Source: the human T2T-CHM13v2.0 reference genome, Homo sapiens. From it: a stretch of DNA of 64,000 nt. The first letter of the stretch is position 1, and every line of letters starts with the position of its first letter. Shown in pieces: positions 31,250 through 49,628 of this stretch. A program made the translations under genes and the position numbers. The notes under the pieces were generated by a model that saw nothing but the letters and a program-made list of their open reading frames with translations, searched no databases and was not told where the DNA came from. The stretch lies in the NCBI RefSeq assembly GCF_009914755.1, contig NC_060929.1. One strand, written 5' to 3'.

Positions 31250-31790
31250 CACATTGTCAGCGATCTCTGAGCTGCATATGAGAAAAATCCACCTCCAACT
31301 GGCTTAAGTAAAGAAGGAATGTGTTGGCTCATGCACCTGAAAAATTTAGATCTAGACTCAGGCTTGGCTGGATCCTGGGAATAAAAGGCTGTCATCAAAA
31401 CTCGGTCTCTCTTAGTCTCTTCTGTTTTCCTTTGCCTGTTTTGCCTTCAGGCAGGCTCTTCCTAGACAAAGGCAGCGTGGCCACCAGCAGCGTCAGGTTC
31501 ACACCTTGCCACCTTAACACCTTTTCCCAAGGGCTCCAGCAGAAGTCCCAGTGTTGACTGTCACTGGACTATATGAAGTGACATGCCCATCGCTGACCTG
31601 GTCACTCAGTGGAGCCAGGGTATAGATTGTATTGATTGGCCAGACCTAGCCCATGTGTCTGTCTCTGAAGTTAGGAGGTGGGTGAGTGTCATTTATATGT
31701 TTCGGTCTAAGGGTTAAGGAGGGGCAGTTCTCCAAAGGCACATCAGGAGCTGCTACCAGCTGGGGACAGGATGTTGGGAAGGAAAGAGCC
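31250..31790 (-). mobile_element. MLT1-type MaLR LTR
   Basis: aactggcttaagtaaagaaggaatgtgttggctcatg...tgattggccagacctagcccatgtg. Confidence 0.65.
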
Positions 31791-32057
31791 CATAGAGGTC
31801 CACTCAGGTTCATGTCCATCTGTGTCAGTGAAGTGTGCTCCCCAGATTGGCAGCAGCCTCATCACTATCATCATATGGGAGCTTGTTAGAAATGCAAATT
31901 CACAGGTCAAGCCCTACAGGCAATTCTGATGCATGCTAAAGTTTGAAACCAGTGGATCTTGCCCCTGCTTCCATCAGAATCACCTGGGTTGAGAGTGGGC
32001 CCTACTCTCTCAACGAATTTTATCAGGAAAAGGGAGGGGACCAGTTCCAGTCATTAG

Positions 32058-32365
32058 TGTTTTTTGTTTGGTTTTTTGTTTTTGTTTTTGTTTTTGTTTT
32101 TGTTTTTTGAGACAAAGTCTCCCTCTATCGCCCAGGCTGGAGTACAGTGGTGCAATCATAGCTCAAACTCCTGGGCTCAAGCGATCCTCCCCCCTCAGCG
32201 TCCTGAGTAGCTGGGACCACAGGTGCATGCCACCATGCCAGGCTAATTTTTTTATTTTTTAATTTTGTAGACTACCTGGGCTAGTCTCAAACTCCTGCTT
32301 CAAGCAATCCTCCTGCCTGGCCTCCTAAGGCATTGGGATTACAGGCGTGAGCCAACACGCTGACC
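32058..32365 (-). mobile_element. Alu (AluJ-like) with (TTTTTG)n tail, within MER5 remnants
   Basis: Reverse Alu; MER5-like flanks gcttgttagaaatgcaaatt (31881) and ccccaagtgattctaat (32386). Confidence 0.85.
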
Positions 32366-33019
32366 TGATGCTTTTAAAAATGTTGCCCCAAGTGATTCTA
32401 ATGGAAGCCCAGCTTGAAAGAACAACTGAGCTCAACCAAACTCTTGTTCTCAACTATTTCTAACTTATGAAGTGGCGATAAACAAGGAAGTGGATGGTCC
32501 CTCTGCTGAGAACGACGGTTTATTAAAGGAACGACTTGGAAGATAGCAACTCAAGCCAAGGCAAATGAAGAGACAAAGCCAGGGACATATAATCCACTGA
32601 ACTTTGTGGAATTTGAACCTGGAATTTCCTACCTTATGGCAAATCAATCTTTATACCCACACAGCTGATTCAGCCAAGAGGAGGAGAACTAGAGGAAAAA
32701 AATAATAGCCATGACTGAGTGCTTACTGCAAGTATATATCAGACAAAGTATTTATCTTATTTAAACCCACATGACCCTGTGAGGTAGGTAATCTTAAATA
32801 GGGATATAATCCTGTGAAGTAGGTAATATTAAATATCAAAGAGGAAGACAATGAGGATCAGAGGGTACATTAAATAGACCCTGGTGGCTGAGCTAGGATT
32901 TGAATCCTGGGCTGTTTTGAAAACCTTTATTCCTGCTCCATGTTGCCTTCTGGGAAAAGTCATGCTCTCTAGTTAGGAGTAGAGGGGCTTGCGGAGGAGT
33001 TTAGAGGTGACTCCTCTGA

Positions 33020-33330
<311 letters not shown>

Positions 33331-34470
33331 TCCACACATTTTAAAGAAAGAGCACTAGCCTGAGATCAGAACCTGGGCTGCACTCACAGCCCCACTCCTA
33401 CTTAGTTACATGACCTGGAACAGGTCATTTCTCTAGCTGGGGCCTCCCTAGCTGGGATCTCAGTCTTCCTTTCCGTACAACGGAAGGGCTTTAATTGACC
33501 CCTAAGGTCTTTTTCATTTCTGGATCATCCATTTGGATAATGCTATCAGGAAGTTTCCAGCAGTTCTGCTTTCTGGGATCCTAGGACCCAGAAATAGGTC
33601 CTGGGATCCTAGGACCTATTTTGAAATACTATTATGGTCCATCCTGACCAGGTGTCATAGTCAGTCTGCTGATTACTAAAGAATTACTCCCTAGACCAGT
33701 CGAGGGTTCCTAATTTTTTTTTCAAGGCTTAAAAGACCATACAGCTCAGACAGAAGGTCTAACAGTTGCAATTAAATCTTGGAGGACTAACAAGACACTG
33801 CAGAATTTTGTAGAGTCTCAGACCATATTTTCATCAGATAGGCTGCAAAAATCACAGTGCCCTGACTCCATCAATATTGATCAGTGCCTACTACATTCAG
33901 CTTTGTGCTGGGGACCATGGAAGACACGGAAGTGAAGGGGCAACACCCTAGTGCCAAGGAGGAGTGCCATGGGTGGGGGCATGGCCCCGTACTCAGCCTC
34001 ACATTGATCAGGGAAATGCAAATTAAGACAAAATACTTTTTGCCACCAATGAAAGGGTTAATATCCGGGGCTGGCATAGATGTAGTGAAATGAGCACTTT
34101 CATACACTACTGGTAGAGTGTAAACTGGCACAGCTTTTTCAGAGGATAGATTATAAACCCCCCCTAAATTTTTAAGTACATAACTCTTTAATTCAGCAAT
34201 TCCACTTCTAAGACTATCTTCAAGAAATGCTTGCTCTATTCACAAGGAAGCAAAACAAGAATGTTCATTGGTGTGTTGTGTGTTGTATGTATTTTTTGGA
34301 GATAGCCAAGATAGCATTCATTAGGGAATGGCTAAACTGGGCTATATTCATGCTCTGGCACTTTGCAGCATTTAACAAGCACAAAGAAGATCCCCATATA
34401 ATGACACAAACAAATTTCCAAGATATATACATTTTAAAAAGCAACTCTCAGAACTCTCAGAAGAACTCTT

Positions 34471-35519
<1,049 letters not shown>

Positions 35520-36474
35520 AGACAAATGTTGGTGAGGATGTGGAGAAATTGGAACCCTCATATACTGCAAATGGGAACGTAAAATGGTGCAGCCACTTGG
35601 AAAATAGTCTGACAGTTCCTCAAATGGTTAAACATAGAATGGCCATGTGATCCAGCAATTCCACTCCTAGGTATGTAACCAACAGAAATAAAAACATGTT
35701 TTCATACAAAAATTCATACGTGAATGTTCATAGCAGCATTATTATAATAACCCAAGAACTGGTGAATGGATAAATAAAATACTGTATAGCCATCCAATGG
35801 AACATTATTCTGCAATCAAAAGGAATGAAGTACTGGTGCATGCTACAACATGGATAAGTCTTAACAAGTTTATGCAAAATCAACAAAGCCATTCACAAAA
35901 TACCACGTATTGTATGATTCCATTTATATGAATGTCCAAAATAAGCAAATCCGTAGAGACAGAAAATAGTGGTTGTCTTGAGCTGGAAGGGGTGGACAGG
36001 ACTGAAAGATGAGAGCTAAGGGGTGTGGAATTTCTTTCTGGAGTAATTAAAATGTTTTAAAATTTACTGTGAAATTGGTTGTACAGCTCTCTAAATATAC
36101 TAAAAACCATCGAAATGTACACTTAAAAAGGGTGAATTAGGTGGTACATTAACTATATTTCAATAAAATCTTATAAAAACATATACAAATATGTACAATG
36201 TTTTCAATGCAACATTGTTTTTAAGTAGCAGAAGGAAATAGCCTGATACCGGTAAGTAAGTGATTGGCTAAGGAAATTACGGTAAAATATACTAATGGAA
36301 TACAATGTAATGTTATGCCAAAGGCAAAAACAAGGACCTTTTGTACAAACTCATGTGGCATGATCTCTAAGATATATTGCAAAGTGAGAAAAGCACTTTA
36401 GCATAGCAGGTTCCCCTCATGTAAAAAAGAGGGGAAAGAACGTCCATCCCTACTTGGTTTTCATATGCACAGAC

Positions 36475-36808
36475 CAGGAGTCGGCAAGCTCCAGTTCACA
36501 TGTCAAATCCAGTCTGCCACCTGTCTTGGTACAGCAGGGAGCTAAGAATGGTGCTTAGATTTTTAAGTAGTTGAAAAACTAAAGAAGAATAATATTTCAT
36601 GACACTTGAAAATGATATGACATTCAAATTTCTGTGTCTATAAATAAAGTTTTATTGGCATACAGCCACATTCATTCATTTATATATTGTCTATGGCTGC
36701 CTTTGCAATACAATGGCAGAGTTAAGCAGTTGGGGCAGAGACCATTAGCCTGCAAAGCCTGAAGTATTTACGATCTGGCCCTTTACAGACAAAGTTTGCT
36801 GACTCCTG
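36475..36808 (-). mobile_element. MER58(B)-like hAT MITE, full length
   Basis: Terminal inverted repeats caggagtcggcaa / ttgctgactcctg; internal aaataaagttttattgg...ctggccctttacagacaaagtttgc. Confidence 0.85.
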
Positions 36809-39328
36809 GCCTAGCCTAGCTGGAAGGAAATGCTGGAAACTGGTGACCTGGCTGGCTGCTCTGGGAGAGGAAGGGACAGCTGAGGGATGAGGTAAGAGGG
36901 AGACTTCTCACTGGATACCCTTTCAGACCTCTTCAAAAGATGTCAACAAAACTAAAGCTATATATTCCTGCATGTGAACATATTAGGATGTATACATGTA
37001 GAAAAATATTTCAACAGCTATCCATCAAATGGATAACAGACTACTTACTTTGAGGGAGGGGCCTGGCTGGGGAGAGGGGAGTTAAGTGGCTTCAGTAGTA
37101 AATGTATGATTGGAATAGTTTACAAGGAGAATCACTTAATGTATGATTTAATGCAATAAAAGTGCAATAAAAATAAAGAGTGCATTCATAAAACATGGCC
37201 CTCATTGCACTTTCTTGAATTGTGTGTTCCATGAGGTTCCATGAGGTAGGCTCTTCCTGGGGAGCCATGGTAGCTCCTGGCATGGAGCATGGCCCTCTGT
37301 AGGCCCTAAGCTGGTTGAATGAGTGCGAGGGCCGGGAGATGTGTGTGTGTGCCAAGAGTGAGGGAGTGAGGGAGCGTGCTCACAGGAATGCACAGTTCAG
37401 AATGGGCTGGGGTGCAGCGGGATGATCTAGGGTGAAGGGAGGGCCAGAGTGGCAGAGCAGGGACATAGTCCCTAGCGCCTCCTAGTCCAGGGCCATCAGC
37501 TCCCCAGGGTCGGCAGCCGCCGTGGTTGAGGAGTCGTAGTCTTTTAGCCTGTCCTCATTCCCCTACCCTCATAAAGTCTCTGATTTTCTTTTTCTCCTTT
37601 TACAGCCTCTCTTGAAGGACATTAGGGGAATCTAGCTAGGGGCTTGTGCAGCACCACCTGTGCCTGCTACTCCCTAGAACTGCCTTTTCAGCAAGCACCA
37701 TCTGTGGTGTCACTGCTCTCTGTGGGGGAGGTGACTCCTGCATGCTACCCAGTGCTGGAAGACTCCCCTTCCCAAGGACCAAGCCTGTGGGGGCTGCAGC
37801 AGAACTGAAAACGGATGTTCAGGCGCCCAAGAACAGCCTGGCTCCAGGGACCAATGGCAAGAGGGTGTCTCACACATGGGCAAATTGAGGATGCCTCAGT
37901 TTTGTTTGGCTTGTCCTCCATCTCTTCTCCCAGAAACAGGGCCCTTATTTTTATTTAGGGAACTCTTTATGCTCACTCCGTGTAATTTGGGTGGGGCTGA
38001 ACCAACCCTGGATGCAAAATTGAACACAAGAAACAGATCTGGCCAATCAGAAAATTCCATTTTTCTGGTCACAGTGATTGGTTCAGAGATGGGCAAGTGG
38101 CCCAAAGTTAAGCCAATGAACGTCAGCCTCAAGATTTTTGCTGATGCTATCAGGAGAGAGGTGCTGTCTCTGGGCTGGGCTTGTTACCTGCAGAACTACA
38201 CTTAGAGCTGCTGGTTGACTTTTGTCAATACATAGAGCAAGCCAGCCTGAGAACAAAGCTAAGATGGGCAGAAGTAGAGCTGAGAATTGGAGACTGGTTC
38301 CTGATGGCAGTGTTTACACCAGATTCATATCTACCCTTGGCCTTTTCAATTAAATAAACTCAAAATTCCCTCTTTTGCTTTGGCTGGTTTGTGTCGATAA
38401 GAGTCATTGAAAAGCAGTGTTAGCAGAGGGAAGCTTCCTGTCAGATTCTCTGAGCATTTCATGAAGATTTCATTTCCACCCACTCTGCGGTGCACTTACA
38501 ACCCTCTGCTCCCAGCTGTCCAGGGGCAGTCTGCCTCTCTGGCTTGCTGGCTCTCAACACCTCTCTGAGTGAGATATCCGACCCCCTAGGTCTTCTCTCC
38601 TCCCCTTGGCAACCCACCCCTCTAAATTCCAGCCCCTGAGGATCCAAGCCCATGGCCTGGTGTTAACTCCCATCCCCTTTATGACTGTAATGTGTCCCAG
38701 ACACAACAGTTGATGTTCTTTAAGCTTTGATGAGTACTTCCTATTTGCCAGACTCTGTGCCAGCCTCATTACATACATAATCTCATCGAATCTTCTCAAT
38801 AATGCTGTTGGGTAGGTTTTATGATTATTATTCCCATTTTCAAGAATAGAAACCAGTGGCTTAGGGAGATGAAGTAACTGGCCTGAGACCAAACAGCTGA
38901 GTCACACACAGTGGGAGGCAGGGCTAGACAGAGTTGTAGGAGGGAACTAACCCCAGGGCCTGTGCCCCAATCGCCACACCAGTGCTTCTAACCCAAGTGA
39001 GCCCCAGGATCACCAGGGCACAGGAGCCCATTCCAGGGACCCACATCCCCTGAGTGAGGATGGGAAGGTCTGGGAATCTGCTTTGTTAAATACCCCAGGG
39101 GATACTGAAGCATGAGGTCCCCAGGACCTTACACTGACAGTAGCCACTGTCTCCCCCATTAAGGACTTTGGCGCTAGAAAGGAGTTTGGCATTGCCAGAT
39201 CTATTATTGCAGGAGCTGAAGCTCTGCCCTAGCTCAGAAATGATGACAACGCTAGACAAACTTCTTTGCTGACACAGGGAAAGGAGAGATCAAGGGCATG
39301 TGGATAAGCAACTCATGCCTGGGAATAA

Positions 39329-39842
<514 letters not shown>

Positions 39843-40250
39843 TGAGCTGGTTGTGCTCTCTTGACACCTGGCTTTTAGGCATACCTCACCTTTCTGCCTG
39901 AAATGCTGTCTGTTTCCTTCCCCTCCTTTGCTTAACAAACTTCTGCTTATCCTTCAGATCCCAGCATTAATGGCCCTCCCTCTGGGAAGCCTCCTCCAAT
40001 CACCAAATCTAGATTAGGTGTCCTTCCTCAGGGCTCCCTTACCTCCCTTAATATGTCTTGATTGTACCTCTCATATTGTATTTTATGTGTTTAATTCACC
40101 CTGCTATACTGTGAGGTTCCTGAAGGAAGGGCCGTGTCTATCGTGTTCTCTATTATATTCTCAGCACCAGACATATTATAACAATGAGTTAGTGAAAGCT
40201 TAATAAAACCAAAACAGAAAGCCCCAGGCAGTTACATGCAGTAATCATAT

Positions 40251-40268
40251 TGACCACTAGATGGCACA
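40251..40268 (+). promoter_or_regulatory. CTCF motif with upstream TGCAG module
   Basis: tgaCCACTAGATGGCAC matches the core; TGCAGTA lies just upstream. Confidence 0.7.
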
Positions 40269-41100
40269 CGACTATGACGTCCCAATTGGGATGGGCTGGG
40301 AGAGGGGCGTGAAATTGATGAGCAGGTTGGTGGAAGGAGGCCGGGGGGCCTCTGATCTTCTCCAGACTGACAGCTGGAGACCTTCGTGATCCTTAAATTT
40401 GTATGTGTGGAAATCTTTGTTCAGGTAATTGCCTTACTCCAGAACCCCATTTCCATTAAGGGTTACGTCTTCATGCTACACATTAAACACTTTTTGATGT
40501 CTCTGAAGTTTCTTCTCTCGCTTACCAAAGAGGTGTTTTCTGTTATTAGTGTTGCTGTTGATTGCTTGAAATGGTTTTATAGATTGCTTTTTCTTATTAC
40601 TCGTTAGGAATTAGGTGGAGTCTGTCACTTTTAGGCTCTGAGCCACCACTGAGTCTAATCTTCCACTCTTCAGTTGATCTGAAACTTCTGTTTTTTGGCT
40701 TAAGAACTAACACACACTTAGACTTGTCTTCCTCTTCCCTTTTATCACCAACACAAGTCGGCTTATTTTTCAACGAGTGTATCTTGTAGAAAGCCATTTT
40801 TTAAAAAAAATTATCCCTGGAGAATGTCAGGATAGGTGACAAGTGTTGACCTGTACCTGCTGGGCAGCAGGCTAGGCTTACAGACTGTTGTTATTCTTCC
40901 CAGCATACCAGCTTCCCAGGGCCATGATTTACATCTGGACCCAGCACAATGACTAATATATACCATGAACATTCTGGTTTGCTCACAAATAATTGAAACC
41001 AAACATTTAAATTAAACAATGCCAAGAATCTAAGGTAGCAAGCTGATGGCTAGCTAATTTCCTAGAAGCCCCAACAGTCCCACCTGTTATTTTTTTTTTT

Positions 41101-42059
<959 letters not shown>

Positions 42060-43987
42060 TTCTTTTTCTTTCTTTTTTTTTTTTTTATTGATCATTCTTG
42101 GGTGTTTCTCGCAGAGGGGGATTTGGCAGGGTCACAGGACAATAGTGGAGGGAAGGTCAGCAGATAAGTGAACAAAGGTCTCTGGTTTTCCTAGGCAGAG
42201 GACCCTGCGGCCTTCCGCAGTGTTTGTGTCCCTGGGTACTTGAGATTAGGGAGTGGTGATGACTCTTAAGGAGCATGCTGCCTTCAAGCATCTGTTTAAC
42301 AAAGCACATCTTGCACCACCCTTAATCCATTCAATCCTGAGTGGACACAGCACATGTTTCAGAGAGCACAGGGTTGGGGGTAAGGTCACAGATCAACAGG
42401 ATCCCAAGGCAGAAGAATTTTTCTTAGTACAGAACAAAATGAAAAGTCTCCCATGTCTACCTCTTTCTACACAGACATGGCAACCATCCGATTTCTCAAT
42501 CTTTTCCCCACCTTTCCCCCCTTTCTATTCCACAAAACCGCCATTGTCATCATGGCCCGTTCTCAATGAGCTGTTGAGTACATCTCCCAGACGGGGTGGT
42601 GGCCGGGCAGAGGGGCTCCTCACTTCCCAGTAGGGGCAGCCGGGCAGAGGCGCCCCTCACCTCCCGGACGGGGCGGCTGGCCGGGCGGGGGGCTGACCCC
42701 CCCCACCTCCCTCCCGGATGGGGTGGCTGGCCGGGCAGAGGGGCTCCTCTCTTCCCAGTAGGGGCGGCCAGGCAGAGGCGCCCCTCTCTTCCCAGTAGGG
42801 GAGGCCGGGCAGAGGCGCCCCTCACCTCCCGGATGGGGCGGCTGGCCGGGCGGGGGGCTACCCCCCCACCTCCCTCCTGGACGGGGCGGCTGGCCGGGCC
42901 AGGGGCTGACCCCCCACCTCCCTCCCGGACGGGGCGGCTGGCTGGGCAGAGGGGCTCCTCTCTTCCCAGTAGGGGCGGCCGGGCAGAGGCGCCCCTCACC
43001 TCCCGGATGGGGCGGCTGGCCGGGCGGGGGGCTGACCCCCCCACATCCTTCCTGGATGGGGCGGCTGGCCGGGCAGAGGGGCTCCTCACTTCCCAGTAGG
43101 GGCGGCCGGGCAGAGGCGCCCCTCACCTCCTGGACGGGGCGGCTGGCCGGGCGGGGGGCTGACCCCCCCACCTCCCTCCCAGACGGGGTGGCTGCCGGGC
43201 GGAGACACTCCTCACTTCCCAGACGGAGTGGCTGCCGGGCGGAGGGGCTCCTCACTTCTCAGACGGGGCGGTTGCCAGGCAGAGGGTCTCCTCACTTCTC
43301 AGACGGGGCGGCCGGGCAGAGACGCTCCTCACATCCCGGACGGGGCGACAGGGCAGAGGCGCTCCCCACATCTCAGACGATGGGTGGCCGGGCAGAGACG
43401 CTCCTCACTTCCTAGGTGGGATGGCGGCCGGGCAGAGACGCTCCTCACTTTCCAGACTGGGCAGCCAGGCAGAGAGGCTCCTCACATCCCAGACGATGGG
43501 CGGCCAGGCAGAGACACTCCTCACTTCCCAGACGGGGTGGCGGCCGGGCAGAGGCTGCAATCTCGGCACTTTGTGGGGCCAAGGCAGGCGGCTGGGAGGT
43601 GGAGGTTGTAGCCAGCCGAGATCACGCCACTGCACTCCAGCTTGGGCACCATTGAGCACTGAGTGAACACGACTCTGTCTGCCATCCCGGCACCTCGGGA
43701 GGCCGAGGCTGGCGGATCACTCGCGGTTAGGAGCTGGAGACCAGCCCGGCCAACACGGCGAAACCCCGTCTCCACCAAAAAAATACGAAAACCAGTCAGG
43801 CGTGGCGGCGCGCGCCTGCAATCGCAGGCACTCGGCAGGCTGAGGCAGGAGAATCAGGCAGGGAGGTTGCAGTGAGCCAAGATGGCAGCAGTACAGTCCA
43901 GCTTTGGCTCGGCATCAGGGGGAGACCATGGAAAGAGAGGGAGAGGGAGACCGTGGGGAGAGGGAGAGGGAGAGGGAGAGGGAGAGC
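42060..43987 (-). mobile_element. Full-length SVA retrotransposon (SVA_C/D-like)
   Basis: On - strand: (CCCTCT)n hexamer ~43955-43986, Alu-like domain ~43560-43950, GC-rich VNTR ~42580-43560, SINE-R ~42090-42580 ending aagaatgatcAATAAA + poly(A). Confidence 0.97.
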
Positions 43988-44644
43988 CCCACCTGTTATT
44001 ATAATAATGATGTCATTTGGAGAATCATTTTCTGTGGAAGGTAATGAAAACCTCAATTTGGCAGAAATTCAGTAACTTAGAGCCTGTAAGAAGTTAGGAA
44101 TTGGGTGTTGCCCTAATGGGGTTAATTCTTGATTACCCTATAGATGCTCACGTGGCTACATTAACCTCTCTGTGCCTTTGCTTTCTATCTTTCCAGTGGA
44201 GGCAGCAAGCCTGCCAGGGCTGGCCTGAGAAGGGGAATTTGAGCCTCCTCTTTGTACATATATTTGACTTGGCACTGGTTCCAGGCCAGTGTAGCCACCA
44301 TAAGCAGTTACCAAGGCCTCTGGCAATCTTGCTTTGTCCGGCTCCCCAGCCGATGCCAGTCTCTGCCCATTACACCCTTCATATCTGAACAGTTTGGGAA
44401 TTATTTAGAAACGGCCTTATTTGTAGTCCTATAATCCAGCCAATATGACAGCCATAAAGATTGCTTTGTCGTTCCTTGAGCTGTTGATTGAAGGGTGTGG
44501 AGGGAAACAGAAACTGGATTAGTCAAGGGCTTTGCCCCAAGGTTGCCCAAAGTGGTACACTGGTCGTAGGGGACAGGCTAGAACCCAGGGCTCTTGGCAG
44601 CCCAGATAGTACATTCTCCCTCCTGTGGGCTATTTCCAAGAGCT

Positions 44645-44654
44645 GTGTGTGTCT

Positions 44655-44698
<44 letters not shown>
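44645..44698 (+). repeat. (TG)n microsatellite
   Basis: (TG)~20 pure run. Confidence 0.95.
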
Positions 44699-44699
<1 letters not shown>

Positions 44700-44789
44700 G
44701 GATAGAGGGGGTAGTTATTAGTCATTCAGCCATAGTCCTTCTCTCAACGAGGATGTTGTGGACGGCCACCAAAATGGGTTCAGTATTAA

Positions 44790-46835
<2,046 letters not shown>

Positions 46836-47404
46836 GTTCTAACAAATGGATTCAGTGCTGAGCCCACTATTATTGGGTGGGTGGGTGGGCAGGTGGTGTT
46901 GATGGGATGGAACAAGAAGAAATGATACCCAGTCCCTGGCCTTAGCCTCTGGTCTCATTAGGAATGCAGAGTGATAATCAACCAAGAAAACACTGGTAGG
47001 CAGCAAGGCTCCTTGTAACGCCAGTGTTAGCTCAGGTCACACGTCCTCAGAGATTAAATAAAATTGGCTAGTGCCATATCCCTCCTCATGTGGGCGGTCT
47101 AATGCCCTCCAAAGGTTTCCTCATGTTCCCAGGGGCCTCTGCCTTTCCCATGTCCCCAGACCTTGGGTTCCTGCCTTCCATGAGGCTGTTTCAATTCCAG
47201 GGTAATGGGAACTGTCTTTCCTTGTTTTCCTCTAAAACTCTCCCTCCAGAGGTTTTGTGTGTAGCCAACTCTGCCAGTGGTTTGGTGTGGTCAATAAGGC
47301 AAGCATTGATAACCGAAATCCTGGCCAGCCCCAGGCCTGGAGTTCCTTATGCCACCAAGTCCTTTGGCCACCTCTCTTCACAGACCTCAGCTCTCCATTT
47401 ATTC

Positions 47405-47737
<333 letters not shown>

Positions 47738-48289
47738 TAATGTGATGTGCTAAGGAAGGGCCATCTGCCTTTTGAATTTTGTACCATGTGCAACTATTAT
47801 TTATTCTCAAAGAGCCAAATACTTTTTTGAAAGACACTTTCTTCTTAGGATCTCACCTTTTACTGGAAAGAAAAAACAAAAACAGCTTTGTAATTTTAAT
47901 CCATTTTATCTCTTTCTCCTATCAGCCTCTCCAAGGAAGGAGATAGTATGGAGATTTGTTTTTCCTTCTATTGGAATTATGCCTTCCCTCTTAGAAAGCA
48001 GAAGCCATTGCAGTGAGTTTGAGTTTGAAATGACATTATTTTCTGACTTTGCCCCATTTGTTATGTGCACTGTCCCATTCATTCATTCAATAAACAACCA
48101 GATGCTGTGTGGCTCAGTGGGAGGTAGAGTCTGTGGGCTGGAGTGATCCGGGGTGGCTTCATGGGTGGGGTGGGAATTGACTTGGAAAATCATGAGAGGG
48201 GAAGGGTAGAAATTAGTTCAGTCAAGAAAAACAGCAGGGCAGTTAGAAAGTAGGCGTATAGACTGGTAGGTGCAGGGAATGAATAACCT

Positions 48290-48900
48290 TCCATTCAATC
48301 AACAAGCATTGCTGCGGCTCCACACAGTCCTGGCCACGTGCTAGGCACTGTGCCAGAGACTGGCAAATGGTCGCAGGCAGTTCCAATAGAGGGGAGGCAT
48401 GGGAGAAACACAGGTCATGGGGAGAGAGGCTGCCAGGAGAGATTGACATTTCAGCTGAGACAGGAAGAATGTGTGGGTGAGGTGAGAAGCTATGCTTCAA
48501 GGAGAGGGAGCATTGTTTATGAAATTCCCAAGTCGGGGGAGCCTGATGAGGAAATGGAGGAAGTCCGACCTTGCGAGATGCAAGAGCTGGAGGAGTGAAG
48601 TGAGGAATGAGGCTGGGAGGGGCAGGGGCAGGGCAGGTGTGTGTAGGGCGGGTATGGCAGGGCAGGCGTGTGCAGGGCAGGTGCGTGCAGGTCGGGTGTG
48701 TGCAGAGCAGGTGGGGCCTCGGAGGTCCCAGAAGGAGGAAGCATGTAATCCTGAGGGTAGGAGAGGCTGAGGGTTTTTTTTTAGCAGCAAAGCTACATAA
48801 TCAGAACTGGGCTTTCGAAGGGCACCTGGGCTGGGCCTGGACAATATGCTGAATGGGGAGAAATGGGAAGCAGAGGGCCCATTTGGGAGGGGATTGCAGC
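48290..48900 (-). mobile_element. L2 remnant
   Basis: cattcaatcaacaagcattgctg...tgctaggcactg; gacatttcagctgagac. Confidence 0.6.
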
Positions 48901-49374
48901 AGTGCAGCAGAACCTTGACACCTTACAGGCTGTGGGTTGGAGAAGAGACCTGTGCTAGAACAAGAGTAGGCGGGGATGGAACTTGGGACCTCACAGTGGG
49001 GAAGGCAGAGACAAGAGGACTTGCAAAGGGCAGCCTCTGAGACAGGTCAGGGTGGTGACAGGGCTCCTGCTTGGGGGAACCTACTGGATGGGACCTGAGT
49101 CACCAAAGATGAATCCTCCCTTCTCCAAAAGGAGTGTGGCACCATAGGTTGTCCCAAGGGCGAGACAGGTGCTACTGGTGGGCAGTGTCCAAGATGGGCA
49201 TGACAGAGTTGACTCACCTGGCAGAAAAGTTCATCCCTTTCTCAATTCCCCTTCAGTTCTTCAAGGAGAAAGCCTTGAATGGGTGCTAGACTCTCCAACA
49301 CCTCTCTGACATTTACTAACCTCCCTTTTCTATAAAGAGAGAGCAAGCCTCAGTCTCAGAGCCTTCAGCAGGCA

Positions 49375-49628
49375 ACAGTGTCTAGCTGGGATTTGATAAC
49401 ATTTCATTGCATGTATTTTTATGGCTGCCTTCCATTTATGGTCAGTGATATCAAGTTTCCAATTATGGCAGTGATATCGAGTTTCATTTTTCATTAAGGC
49501 ATTTAAGCTAAGGGGGAAAATAGACCACTTTTAAACATATATTAAGTAAATAATGGTACAAGTGGTCTAGAGCTATGGCAAAAAACAGGAGGGGAGGACT
49601 CAGATGACAGAAGGTTGGGAAAAACTTG
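49375..49628. mobile_element. hAT-Charlie MITE (MER113-like)
   Basis: ttccatttatggtcagtgatatcaagtttcc...attaagtaaataatggtacaagtgg...tatggcaaaaa...gaaggttgggaaaaact. Confidence 0.6.

Noticed and set aside
42253-44075. Overlapping 80-211 aa Arg/Gly/Pro-rich ORFs
   Set aside because: SVA VNTR/Alu-like/SINE-R translations; SVA is non-coding.
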